Shown: positions 25,386-38,565, counted from the first letter of the whole stretch. The stretch is 63,216 bases of DNA, filler included, from Asterionella formosa (GCA_002256025.1; 25 parts of 25 records of this genome joined end to end with filler, not necessarily neighbours in it); one strand, 5' to 3'. Made by a program: numbers and translations. The notes: generated by a model not told the origin, from the letters alone.

Positions 25386-27229
25386 GTCTGTGAATAGATT
25401 TTCCATTAGATCTAACGTTTTACTCAGCAAACGTTAAAAAACTGATTGATTAATCAAATTTTTTGATTTGTTGATGATAATTTTGATATATCAACGGCAG
25501 TGTCTGTATGATCAATCAAATTTGTACATTAGGTTAGTAGCAAAGTACACATATTAGGTTATGCATACATAAGAACTCGTATATATTAGTTACCAAATCT
25601 AATCGGTTAATCCAAATTGTTGATATATTGATCAAATGTTTTGTTACATTGATGATAATTTTGATATATCAATGACCGTGTCGGTGTGGTCAATCAAATT
25701 TGCTTGTCAGATTATTTTCTTAGACACGTCAGGTTACGCATAGATAGAAGTCATATATATTAGTTATCAAAACTAATATGCTAACCAAGTGCTTTGATAT
25801 ATTGATACGTTGTTTGATTGATCAATAGCTGTTGTTGTTCTTCGATCAATTATTGTTTTAGCGAAGGTTATGACTTTACACAGATCACCTTACGTGTATG
25901 TAAACCTTGTACCCAACGATGCTATCAGAATGAATTCTGTGCAACAAGGGTGCATTCCTTGTTGCCGTTCCGATTTGAATGCTCTACCGGTACATGCTTT
26001 GATCCAATTCTTGTACCGGTAGCTAGTATTCTTCATTATCTCTCCATTCGCATATCAGTAATCGAATTTCTTACAAGCCATGTGCATTTGTTGAATCCCT
26101 TACGAGCTACCTTCTTGCGTGGACGACGATGATCTCAGTCTTATAACGAATGAAATGGTCTCGATATTGATGGGGAATTATGCTGGCGAAGTTTGATTGT
26201 TTGTTTGTTACTCGAAATCAAAAGCTTTGGTCAATTTGTACGACTGAATTGGAGAACGATGCATTGAAGGCCATACCTGATTCCAATTCCAACCGAAATC
26301 AAGAAGATAATACCTTTTGATCATAATTCGCCCATTGCGAACATCGATCCGTATTTCGGATCTGTTCTTCAAGATGAGATGTGGATCAAAGTGAAGATGG
26401 AACAGATGGCGGCGCAGTCTGTTGCTCATGGCCTTAATCATGGGTCTTCGATTATCATTGACTAGCTATTGGCAAGAACATTTGTATGCTGCAGAATTAG
26501 AGCCGCAACATCACTAATCAGGAAGTAGCTTCATTTCATTCAGGAAATAGTAGCATCACATGGACCTTGAATAGCAGGGGGTTCGAAATAACAATTGTAA
26601 CTTTGCTTAATAACATTGTACTATCCCATTGTTTTAAGAAATCTCTTTATCGGCAACAACAGAGGCAATCTATAGAACAGCCTAATCCCATCGACTTCCT
26701 TGGAGCGTCTAATTGAGTCTATCGAATCTGATAGACTTGATAGAAAATCTCCCCCTTCCAAAGCAAACAAAGCAAAATGTAAATTAAAGGCAACTCCAGA
26801 CATGGTTGCCAATCCAGAAGAAGCAGTCCATAACTTGTCACCAAAGAGTTCCGAAATTGTAGGAGTGATTGTGAAAGTTTAAAAAATCAGGTTGAGAAAG
26901 AAAGTGATTTGTCCCATTTATGCAGTAAGGACTTGGAAATATTGAAACAGGACATGGTCGCCAGGCTGGATGTAATTCATGATTACTTACCAAAGATTTC
27001 CGAAACTGTTGCAGTCACTGGGACAGTAATTGAGCAGGTCAAGGAGATATGTGATTTATCCTGTAATGATAAACCATTATTGAAATTATTTGATGAAGGA
27101 ATTCATAAATTTTTATGCGAAAGAGCGAGGAGAAGTGAAGAAACATCAATTACTTGTATCGAAAAAATCGATAAATGGAAAGGTAGCAGCTGCTGTTTCG
27201 GGATATGGCAACGAATTGGAATGTTTCAA

Positions 27230-28673
27230 TGATCACCTTTATAGTGTTTCACCCTCTTTTTTTTGTGTAAAGCATGTCCCGCCCATTCTGCGTGAATTGC
27301 CAAGTATTTGATTCACCTTTCCGGTTCCCACTTCCGTTGGGTTCGGAGTCACATAAGCTTTACTACAATACATACTCTCGTTACCCCTCAGAAGTTCGTC
27401 AATATTGCAGGAATGAGTATTCCTTTATATTGTCAGAGAAGCAGTACAGGGAAAATTGTATTGAACTGGACAATTGCTGTGCATATTGGGATATTGAAAT
27501 TGTGACCGCCATTGTGAAGTTCATTGTTCATGAACTGCATCCCTCAAACATTCATGTAATTGTTGAATCTCAAGACAGAAATGACTGGAATATTGAACGT
27601 CCTTATCCATTTAACAGTTTTTATCTCCAACCCTCCATTGAATTCCTTATTGTGATTTATTTACAAACACGACATCATCAACATTATGTTCTATATTGTT
27701 TTGATCTAAACGAAGAAAACGTTGAAGTACGTGATCCTGAACATGGAGTTAGTTTGAAAAGTCATTTGAAATGCATTCACGAGATTGCACGCAAATATCG
27801 TATTTGCCCTGGTGTAGATATTAACAAAGAAATTATTCCCTCCAAAGCTATGGTCAAATTCAAAACCGAGTTCGAAAAATGGAAATCTGGCATGAAGAAG
27901 GCTCGATCAGAATGTCGAGAGAGTTTTCTGAAAACATTCAGTGAGATCCCAAAAATCCGAGGTTACACCGATGGGGAACCTCAATTTAAGGTGGGTGGTG
28001 GTTTCCGTGGGAAAGGCCTCTGAAACGTTTTATAGCAAAACATTCAGATTCAAAGACTTTCCAACCAACCAAGGATGGTGGATGGTTATGTGGTCCCTTT
28101 ACAATTGTGAAGTTTATGGAATTACTATTACAACTACGATACAGTGAAGAAACTTATTTTATGGGGAAACGAAGGGAGTCATGTTTAACAAAGGATGGTT
28201 GGAATACCTTTATTAAAATGAAATTTAAGGGTGAAAATCAAAATGGATGGTCATTTCCTGGTAGTCCAGAAAATGACGTTGAAGATGCAGTTATGATGTA
28301 TGTTCTCAACACCATTGTGAGTTCATGTGGTGACAAAGTTGCAGCAATGGAGTTCAATCCTGAATTCGAGTTATCTCCGATGTTAACTACAACTGAACTA
28401 ACGTATCTTAGTAAAATGGTTCATCATCCCTTAGAATCTTACCATTGGCATGGTAATAAAGAAACCTTGAAATTTGAAAAAGAATACGAACGTGCTTTCG
28501 TTGTTGCTGAGGGCATGCAGAAAGTGAGCAGGTATGCTGTCCTCCTGAATGACAGCCAGCATGATATACTATACAAAGATTTCAAGAGTTTCTTGAAATC
28601 TTCGGAAGAATCAGTGGATGATGACAGTTCATTTTCATCGTCAGGTTCTCAAAAAAAAGAAGAAAAATCATAA
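27230..28673 (+). pseudogene. Ulp1/SENP-like (C48) cysteine protease domain gene, frameshifted
   Basis: FLIVIYL...QHYVLYCFDL..VEVRDP gives His and Asp. In the frame of ORF 28107, FQPTKDGGWLCGPF gives Cys at 28089-28091. Confidence 0.6.
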
Positions 28674-28752
28674 AGATAAGTAAACTATGAATTCGGAGGC
28701 AGCTATTAAATGTTGAAGTATATTGTAATAATTTGTATTGTGACGATTAGTG

Positions 28753-29560
28753 CTACTTCTCTGTACTTAAAAGAATATCCCAACCAATCAATTTCCATTG
28801 ATTTCGTGGTGGTAATGCAATATAATAATCTGTATTTTCCATGGCTTCAACGGTTTCTCGTGTACTCATACATTTACTCATTGTAGCTGGTGCTAAAGCT
28901 GGGACTACAAATGCTGTGGAAAGAATGTTGTTCTGCTCAACAACACTTAATCCAGTCTTCTCATCACAAATGTAATCACCTGTAGCAAAAAACATGCGAT
29001 GATGGGCTGGCATGACAGTGGTACTCCTCAAAGAACGTATAGATGCAAAGAGTGTTTCAGTTCCATCTGAATAAACGACATTACCCCATAAAAGTAGCTA
29101 ATTTTGCTGGTACACTGTAATTTTTCCCATTTCGACTTTCCCAATTTACTTCAACCCAATCAAACCAAGAATTTGATTGATGAAGAGCGACTCTTGTCCT
29201 GTTTGTTCCATTTTGGATTACATCTTAAAATTGTTTTCGTACCGTCATCTTTGGAGATTATAGTAACATGATAATAGAAATTGATCCGATCTATCTCTAC
29301 AGACGCAGTTCCAGTAGAATTTTTGTCCTTGCATGGCTCCTGTACGGCAGGTTTACCATGTTCGTTGTCTGGGTGAAACAAGCGGTAGTATACTGTCCCA
29401 TCTGAGCGTTTTCGTTGTGTACACAGTTGTTTAATACCGCCGGAAATGTACCAAATTCCACATTGGTCTTTCTCCGCTGAGAAAGATAATTGTTTGGGTT
29501 TCACAACAATGGATGCCTCTGCTTCCTTTCTAGTGTTTATCAAATTTGTATCTTCAAATA
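28753..29560 (-). mobile_element. Plavaka-like transposase C-terminus, pseudogenised
   Basis: ILRCNPKWN, WFDWVEVNWE...VPAKL/LLWGNV and ILSTAFVVP...LPPRNQW. Two frameshifts. Confidence 0.6.
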
Positions 29561-29746
29561 CAGATTAATCTGATTGAACTGTATCAGTACCTCCGCCGCT
29601 CACCAACAGTGACATGGTGTAAACACTGGGGAAGAGAACTTTCCTGGCAAGTAAATATTTTCTTCCTTCATAACTCCTCAATAATATATCATGTTGGAGA
29701 CGATGTGTATGACCATTGACTCGTTTACTTGTAAATACACAAAATT

Positions 29747-30145
29747 GAAATGATAGGTTCTTGGTACTGGATATTCCATAACTTTACAACCATGAGACCT
29801 TTCCATAAAGTTGAACATCTTAATTGACTGAGGAGTAATATAGAATGATATTGTATCCACATCTCATTCTTGGAACAATCACCAACCCCATAAAATGGTC
29901 ATCATGTGATGTTGCAACATAAACACACGAAATGGAAATGATAGGTTCCTAGTACTGGATATTCCATAACATTACAAGTATGAGACCTTTCCATAAAGTT
30001 GAACATCTTAATTGACTGTGGAGTTATATAGAATGAGATTGTATCTATATCTCGAAATAGTAACAATCACCAAAGCCATAAAATGGTCATCATGTCATGA
30101 GCAAGGTTGCAGCATAAACACACAATGTTGAAATGATAGGTTCCC
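29747..30145. repeat. About 190-bp tandem repeat, two copies plus the start of a third
   Basis: GAAATGATAGGTTC recurs at 29747, 29935 and 30130 with conserved sequence in between. Confidence 0.9.
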
Positions 30146-31212
30146 ACCACTGCTTCTTTTGTAACCGTATGATTGTACTACTGATTCATCGATAGCGTTA
30201 TGAAGTTGAGATCTTTCCAATTTTTTTTACAGATTAACTCACTGGGGGAACTACTTTTGAATAGATTATAGCATCCATAGTATTTTTTTTCTTGTTACAT
30301 TTACAACGACCAATTTCAGGTCACTAGAAGGTATTATGATATAAGATAGTATCAATATATTAGAAAAAAGGCAACATTTCTGTTACCTGATTACGTTATG
30401 TCTTGTATGATAAACCCTGCTAAGCATAGACCTATCTTGATAATTTATAATCATCGAGTGAACCTAGGAGTGCGCAATTTGCGCGTACTGGCGCATTGAG
30501 CGCATTGTTCTTGATCAGTAGACTGTACCATATATTTACCAGTATCAGTATACCAGTATACTGTTGGATTGGAATAAAGTAACTGTAATAATAACTGTTG
30601 GGACTCCCCAATACCATACTGCCTGACGTTAGTACAAGTATAACTGGTATACTGCTGGATGCCAAAAAATGTCTTGCAGTTAACTGCAGTATAAAATCAC
30701 CGACCTATGCCAGGTACCATACCAGGTACCTGGTACCTGTGTACCACGTAGCAGATGGGAGACCTGTGTTAATCCATGGAATTGATGTACCGTACGATGT
30801 GCCGTTCAGCCAGTGCCAGCATAGCCACCAGATCTGGTACATACCAAGTGTTGCGATAATCGAACGACAGCCATAGAACATACCGGTGGTCATGATATTG
30901 TAGCACACCTTTGTTAATGACAAGGTTCCCCTCAACAACCTGCACCTATCATAGGTATACCGGTATATGTACCACTGTACACGCACTTACATTGGAGGTA
31001 TCACCCAATTAAGAACAATAGTATGCTGCCTTTTCTCATGGTAGACAATATGTATCCGTAATATCTCTCTATGGCTGGTATTAGTCAACAGTATAAAGCT
31101 AGTTGGCGTCAAAATCATTATTTCTTACATTTTTTCATGTTTATATTGAATCTAGAAACCATCATACATTTGCACATTCTGAATTAAATTAAATTAAATT
31201 AAATTGTAATAT

Positions 31213-31480
31213 TCCAACCACCTTGATTGTTGATTGCTACACTTGATGAACTTGCTTGCTGTAGAGCCACTCGATGCATATGTTGTTGCACCATTCTTCC
31301 TGATGCTGTGAGTACCAATATCCTCCACCTCATATCCATCTAGATCGCCTTCATGTCCATGTAGCAACCTCTTGATATTTTTTCTGAATCAATCCTCCTG
31401 CAGGTGAATCTCTTTTGAGATGCACAAACTATTTCTTCATTGTCTGACATGATATTTTGATGTGGCAGTGGGTTGCTTCC
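31213..31480 (-). mobile_element. Crypton-like tyrosine recombinase relic (absent from the ORF track)
   Basis: Manual translation: QED*FRKNIKRLL...GYEVEDIGTHSIRKNGATTYASSGSTA/SSSSVAINNQGGW. Confidence 0.75.
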
Positions 31481-31807
31481 ATAGGTATATTGTTGATTGT
31501 TTTTGTTCTCAATTGATGTTCATAATTGGCTGAGTCGGAACCCCTAGTACTACCGGGGGTATAGCTATTAGCAGTAAGCTATCATGCATGTACTGTCAAC
31601 GTGAATCCTACGATGGTACAAAAATGAACGCTGTTTCTACATGTTTTTGGGAGAAAAGTCTTCCCAAAAAGCCGCTGCTGACGGGGCCGCAGAAAATACA
31701 CGTGTTAAAAGCTAGAGGGGAATAAACGTCAGCACGGAAAAAGGGGAGAATTTCTCCCCAAAAATGTAGCAGGATCTCCTACATTCTCCACATTTTTCCA
31801 CGCTTCT

Positions 31808-33680
31808 ATGAAATCGCTTGGTATCAAAATGACAGGTGTGATGTATATATGTGAAGGATGTGCGCTAGCTAAGGCTAAATCAAAAAGTGTTCCTAAAATC
31901 ACTATGAGCAAGGCTACTCAACCGGGCGAACGTTTGAGCACAGATATCAGCGGTCAATATAAAAAGTCGATTTTAGGAAATGACTATTGGATCCTTGTTG
32001 TTGACGATTACACCGGAAAATCTTGGAGTTTCTTTGTTAAGAAGAAGTCACAGCTTGCTTCAAAGATTGAAGATTTGTTGACTAAACTCAAAACGGCTGG
32101 GTATGTTACCAAGTTTCTCCGTTGTGACAATGTGGTTGAAAACGTCTCAGGTTTGACAAAGCTATGTGACAATTTCAATATTCAAATTGAGTTTACGGCA
32201 CCCTACACGCCACAACAGAATGGAATTGTTGAGCGAAAGTTTGTAACCATTCGTCAACAAGCTTGTGCAGCAATGTTTGCTGCAAAATTTAATGATGAAT
32301 TTCAAGGTTTATTTTGGGCAGAGGCCATCAACACCAACACACGAATCACGAACATTGTGGCCACATCCAATGTTGTAAAAAGTGCAGATGAGAAGTTTTA
32401 CAAAAAGGTTCCAATGATTTAAAATCATCTAAGTCATTTTGGCAGGATTGGATGGGTGAAAATTGGTGCTAAGAAAACAAATAAACTCGAAGAAAAGGTC
32501 ATTAAATGTGTGATGGTTGGTTATTCTCATGATCATGCTGGAGACACTTGCCAAATGTTTAACCATCAGACAAGAAAGATTTTAAATAGTCGAAACATTC
32601 GCTGGGCTGATTGGCATGGCCAAACAAGTCCAAACGCAGGTTTGAGGGGGGATTTCAATGTGAAAGGGGACTTAGAAATGGTTGTTATTCCAATTGATGA
32701 TGAAAAGCAGGACGAAGATGTTATTCCTGCTGTGCCACCTATCCAACAGGATATTGATTTGGAAACGTCTGTTCCAGTTGTGAAACAAACAAGATTTCAT
32801 CTATCCGAAGCAGTGGGGAAGTTAGATGATGAGATCAACAAAGATGCTTCGAAGAAAGCAAAAAGTTGGAACGAGAATTGAAACGCCTTGATGGTTGGAA
32901 AGAAGTTACTGGCAAACGCACCAGTGCTCGGCGCAACTTACAACTAGATGACAAGGACAAAGGATCAATTGAAGAGATCGATTATGCTGAAGCGGCCAAT
33001 CAAGATGATGATAAACTATTTCTAATTGAAGAAGGAGTAGAGAGGTTCTATGCATATTCTACTACTCTTGCTTCAGATCCTGGTGAGCCAAAGCATTAAA
33101 AGGAGGCTATGAAAGGAGATAAGAACAAGCAGTGGACCATTGCTATTAAAAATGAGATCAACAATTTCTACAAGCGAAATGTTTGGAAAATGGTTCCTCG
33201 TGACAATCTCAAGGGCAGAAAACCCTTAGGCACACGCTGGGTATTCAAGAAGAAATCCGAGCAGGATAAAAGTATTCAATACAAAGGACATATTTTAGTG
33301 AAAGGCTACGTTCAGATCCCAGGACTTATTTGCTCCAGTTGCAACAGATGCTTCCATGCGTATGATATTCGCTCTCTCGTTATACAAATGGGATAAGTCT
33401 GAAGAAAAACGATGGGTTTGTGAAATCATTGATGTTGATGCTGCTTTTCTTGAAGGAGACATGGAAGAGCAAATCTATATTGAATGGCCAGATGGGGTTT
33501 TAGACTTTGGTTTCGTAACACAAGAAACAATGAAAAACAAATGCATGGAGTTGGAGAAGACCATGTATGGCACAGTTCAAGCAGCGCTACAATTCTTCAA
33601 GAAGATGGTTCAAAACTTAACCAAAGTTGGATTGCGGCAAAGCAAGATCGATCTATGCGTATTCTTTATAAAGGAAAACA
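31808..33680 (+). mobile_element. Ty1/copia pol pseudogene (GAG-pre-integrase, integrase, partial RT)
   Basis: CEGCALAK, LVVDDYT, LRCDN, PYTPQQNGIVER, WAEAINT, EPK, RWVFKKK, IDVDAAFLEG and MYGTVQAA. Several stops and frameshifts; truncated at both ends. Confidence 0.95.
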
Positions 33681-34368
33681 ATCATGGTTTGTGTTTAAAC
33701 ATTATATTGAATCTATGTTGCTGAATGCAGTTATAATACTACTGGCCGCACAAAGGTACATAAAAAAATCAGCTCCCGGTACCGGAGTACCAGAGTACCA
33801 GTATATTGATACCTGGTACCTGGTACCTCGTACATAATTTTGGTTCATGGTGATGGAAGACATGATGAAACGACCGATACCCTGCTACGAGGTTCCGGTA
33901 GTACTGACTTTACCTGCCGGTATAGAGTACATCTAATACGTGTGGTTCAAGTTTGGCTGGCGTGATTTTACAAGACCGGAATACTTCAGCCAATCTGGAG
34001 CAGGTGAGTAAATTCAATTCAACCAATCAGAGTTTATGTAGTGACACGGCAACTTACCCTGGAGTCTTTTAAGACTAAGAATTATGTAGCAAAACATACG
34101 AGAACGTTTTTGCCAATACAAATTCCGATTCCAGTATTTTGGCGACTGTTGGAAAAGCCGATCAGTTCGACTTTTTGGAGAAGGATTGCTCTACATCTGC
34201 GGGGTTTCATGAAGATAAAAGTAGATAGCTGTGTACCCTATAACGTCAGGAGTTAACTTCTGGAGAGAAACTGCAATTATGTATCGTAGATTTTTAGAAA
34301 AGCTTCGTAGCCCCTTTTTTGACTACCGTATTTTTGCGAAGTTAAACTAGGGTTGAAATGCAGGAATA

Positions 34369-34428
34369 TTTTAATTTTTGCCAAGGGGTTAAGGTTTCTG
34401 CATTTTAACCCCTAGGCAAAAATTAAAA
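34369..34428. repeat. 24-bp inverted repeat (23/24 match) with a 12-bp loop; arms end in TTAA
   Basis: TTTTAATTTTTGCCAAGGGGTTAA (34369-34392) and TTAACCCCTAGGCAAAAATTAAAA (34405-34428). Confidence 0.85.
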
Positions 34429-34799
34429 AATTGTTTAGGGTTGCCAAAATTCCCTGGAATTAAGAATTTAAGTAGCTAGGTATTTTTTATCTTAGCATGA
34501 TCATAATTCTCATCGATATCACTGTCTAAAATAGGATGAAATTGATCGATATTTAAAACTATATTTAAGAATGGTTTTATGTTTCTATATCTTGAATGGC
34601 TACAGAATGTTCTACAATGCTCTCATCGTAATGATTGGTGCTTCAGCTTTCACTTTCACTTCCACATTCCCCCAAATCCAATTCTGAAGGTTGTTGTACT
34701 GGTTGCCTTGCTGTTGTTTCCTTGCTTGCTTTGTTCCATTTACTCCGCCTGAGGGTTCTGAGTTTGCATTCACGCACTATTAAATCCGTTTCGTTGTTC

Positions 34800-35230
34800 C
34801 AATCAGCCATACTAATAAAGAGAAGCAATTCATTGTTAGCTGTTCATGTTTTGCTTACACAACAACATGCATTTCGCTTCTATCTGCCTTCACTTACCAC
34901 AAATTGAGGAGGTAACTGATGCATATTTCTGTAGAAGAATGTGTCAGTCGAAGATTGAATGAGAAGCAAAGTATCGATGAATAAATGGGCTCCAACACTG
35001 CTCTTTGTAACTTACAAACACTGTTTGTCTACCATTATCCTGAAAGAAGCAACACATGTGTGTCAGTTTTTCTAACAGTTGTAGATTGATCCAAAGATGG
35101 CTGATAGGCAGCACTTACCGATTTCTTTTGTCCACAGCCATTGATGGTTTGCCAGTCACCAAATCGAAAAGGAGCTATTGAATCACTGAAAGGGGACGAT
35201 TCATTCCGTAGTTTTAATCCCAGAAATTGA
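34800..35230 (-). pseudogene. Intron-containing gene fragment of a repeated family, homologous to 43490-43890
   Basis: Both copies share GTAAGTGCTG...CAG|GATAATGGTAGACAAA.AGT.TTTGTAAGTT and a second GTGGTAAGTGA donor. Confidence 0.5.
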
Positions 35231-37681
35231 TCATCTTGGCATTTGCTCTTGACAAACCGTGATGCTATGCACAGCTTGTTGATTCCGCCCGCCCTTCTCC
35301 ATCATATTCACTCATTCTTATCGTGCTGTATTGTCACTTCAGTTTTTCGCATCATGTGTTGCTTGAGATCCTTCATTTCTGGAAATGGATGCAGCATGAC
35401 AAAGAACATGAAAGGCATTTGCTGTTGCCTTACTACCATCAATTGATTCCGCCCTTCTCTTCTAAGCCGCAAGTATCATTGTGCTGTATTATCACTTTCG
35501 TTTTCCGCGTCATCATCTGTGTTAATCCTTCATTTCAGGAGCAAAGTGTATGCATGACAAGGAACATGAAAATTAAATGTATATATAGTTGAACATTTGC
35601 ATAGTTTTAAACACGCTCATTATACAGCACATCCTGTGTATACTAATATAAATTTTGATTATACATAATTCAAATATATACAATGCATGATGAGTTCATA
35701 GTTTTCCACGACCTGTTGAGTTTTTTCAATATGTTTTGTGTCAATTCTTGTACCTACAAGTCAGTGGCTGATTTAATTAAGCCCCTTCATAAACAGGATT
35801 CATCACCAATTTTTCAAATGGTCGAAATCATACATTTATGTAGCTATATATATAGACATATTGACCAAAATTCATATGGCCTACCGGTAGTACTGTATAA
35901 TTGCTGGGAATTACTTCCATCATGGAAATACCACAATAGTGCAGCGGAAAACTGAATATGCTCATGTGTTTAGGATCATTTGATCATATTTTTAAGATCA
36001 ATTAATCCTGATTCTTGAAAATAAATTTTGATTGTTCATTTTCTCATCAAAGACAGCGTTTATCATATGATCAATATGTTATGATCAAAGTTATAGGATA
36101 AACGAATCAAAATTCATTGATTAAAGATCATAGTTTTTACCGGAGTAGTTGCTCATGCATGCAATGACCCCTTCCCCCCCCTGCTGTATACAGTATGGAA
36201 GTGATAACCCCCAAGCTACCAAATTTTTATGTCTGGTAAGAATTATCGCAGCATGCATGCATTCATGACTCCTACTGGTATATACAATACGGAAATGATG
36301 ACCACCAGACTACCAATCCTATAGGTCCTCTAGAATTATCACAACATGGCTGCATTTCTAATGAATGGGCGGGAGGAGTAATCCATACTGCACCTGTATA
36401 GTATGAAATTTGAAATGATCAAATATAGTCTACACAAGGAGCAGTGCATCACAAATGCCCTGCTGTTGTAATTTTAATTCCTATGAAATCTCTTGATCTG
36501 TTCTGCGCTTTTTTGCCATAATTGTTTTCATTGGCTGTTTCACTGGACAGCATTCGAATTGATTGTGCTTTGAACGAAGCAATGCTTAAAGTCCACCCCA
36601 TTGCAGAATGGTGAGTCTCACAACTAAGTATCAGCCAGTCGATTAAAATTGTACTGTCTTTTGTGCACCCTCGTTGTGTTTGTACATTGACTTTGACTTG
36701 GCAGCTGTCAGCCAAGAGCAGCCATGGCATGCCACCATCTATTGTCTATACAAGTTTCGAATGCATTCAGCTATGATAACTTTTGCTCCCCCCTCCTAAA
36801 CACTATCTCACCACCCTTGTCATAGATTTTTCTTTTTTCTTTATCCTTTGGCTTTACAGGCCCAGGTTACTACTCAATGCCTTCATCTGCAAGATCAGCC
36901 AAGAAGGCCCACGTTAGCGTCAAGAAAACCTCAACCCCGATTTTCCTTACATGCTCCACCCATTGACTTCTTCATTGATGAAGTCGAGGTAGCCATATTG
37001 ACGACATCAGGTGGCGCAGGCTTGTGTATAGATTGATGATGCTGAAAGCAATGCTTCCTTTTCCCGTAGGTACCTATTTGTCAACATTGTTTGGGTCAAT
37101 CCATTCTTGTTCCCGCAAGGAGACCAGAAGCAATTATCCCTTTACTTCTCCTCCTCCCAAGAACCTTAATTTCTCTTTCACAATTGTCCTGATTTTTGCA
37201 GAGCATTTTTAGTTGTTCCTTTTTGATTCTTCCACTGGTTTCGTTCCCTTTTGCATTCAAGTCAAGTAACAAGCAACTCATTGAGATTTCTGGAGGTTTT
37301 GGTCAGTGGCACCATAAAGAAACAATCAACAGATCATGGCGGCTGTTATCCATTTTCTGTAGCAAGTGACATTCAAGAAGGGACTGGGATCATTGGGAAG
37401 AAAAATTAGTAGGATTCTCTGTGTTTGCCCCCGCCCGTTTGGCAGCCATTCTATCATTGCTTCCTCTCAATCAATACTAGCTAGTATAGCTAATGAAAAC
37501 CGTAATTAGATGAAATGTGACTTCCGGTTTCTAATATTGTACATTGTTGCACTACTGAAACTTGAATCCATAAATGGGCATNNNNNNNNNNNNNNNNNNN
37601 NNNNNNNNNNNNNNNNNNNNNNNNNTTAATTAATTAANNNNNNNNNNNNNNNNNNNNNNNNNNNNNNNNNNNNNNNNNNNN

Positions 37682-38565
37682 CGTCCTCGCAGATAGATAG
37701 GGCATTCTGAACATAAGCGTTGGGCATAACCAATGCGATATATTATCTTGTTTTTGACGTCATTCCATCGGTCAATCCAACCATCTGTTTTGGGCAACCG
37801 AATTGCTCGAGCCGAGGATGCCAAACTGTAGGAAACCAAACCTAATACTGTTGCAGTTGTTGGCTTTGACCTACCATGCAAGGATCGCATATCCAAGTCA
37901 AGCTTGGGAAGAGCATTCCATACAGGCTCTTCTCTATGCCACCTACAGGAATGTGTCATCATCATCCCTTTGGCGACGCCGGCTTTGAAAGGAAGCTGTA
38001 GGTCTGTGGCAGCGGACAGAAAGTTTAACTGCACCTGACAAACAGGACACAGTGCAGGTTCAAACAACTGTTGTGTTGGTCCAACTGTGGCTTTCGATTC
38101 ATGAGATAATACCGCTTCTGTTAATGTTTGAAGTTCATCCTGACACTGAGGCTGAAAGTTAGACATAGCACCCATAAACACAGCCATCATCTGCGCCATA
38201 TCAGATCGTATTGCTTTCAACTCTTCCCGCAGCACTGGAATACCCTCCTCCTCCTCCTTCGATGGCGCAACTTTCAATGATCCAGAGTCTGCCTCAGCCT
38301 GATCAGGTCGAAATTTCCTTTTCTCTCCTGGTATTTTTTTTAGCGACTCCGGTGTTTGGACTGGCCCATCACTCCTGAGGGCGCGTTGTATACGCGGCGT
38401 TTTAGTTATGAATGCACGCTTTTGAGGAATGGGATTGAATCGCCTTGCCGATAAGGCTGTCAAGGTAGTGGCCGCGTCAATGGCTGGTTTGGTAGTCATG
38501 TCAATTTGCGGTTTCTCATAACGATCCTCCTTATCCAGATGCTTACCTTTTGTCTTACGATTCAT
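37682..38565 (-). CDS. Hypothetical protein, 3'-partial (coiled coil, CPVC motif)
   Basis: About 295 open codons from an ATG. No recognised family. Confidence 0.5.

Noticed and set aside
31638..31769. MITE defined by an imperfect ~20-bp inverted repeat
   Set aside because: The arms are imperfect, there is no target-site duplication, and only one copy is present here.
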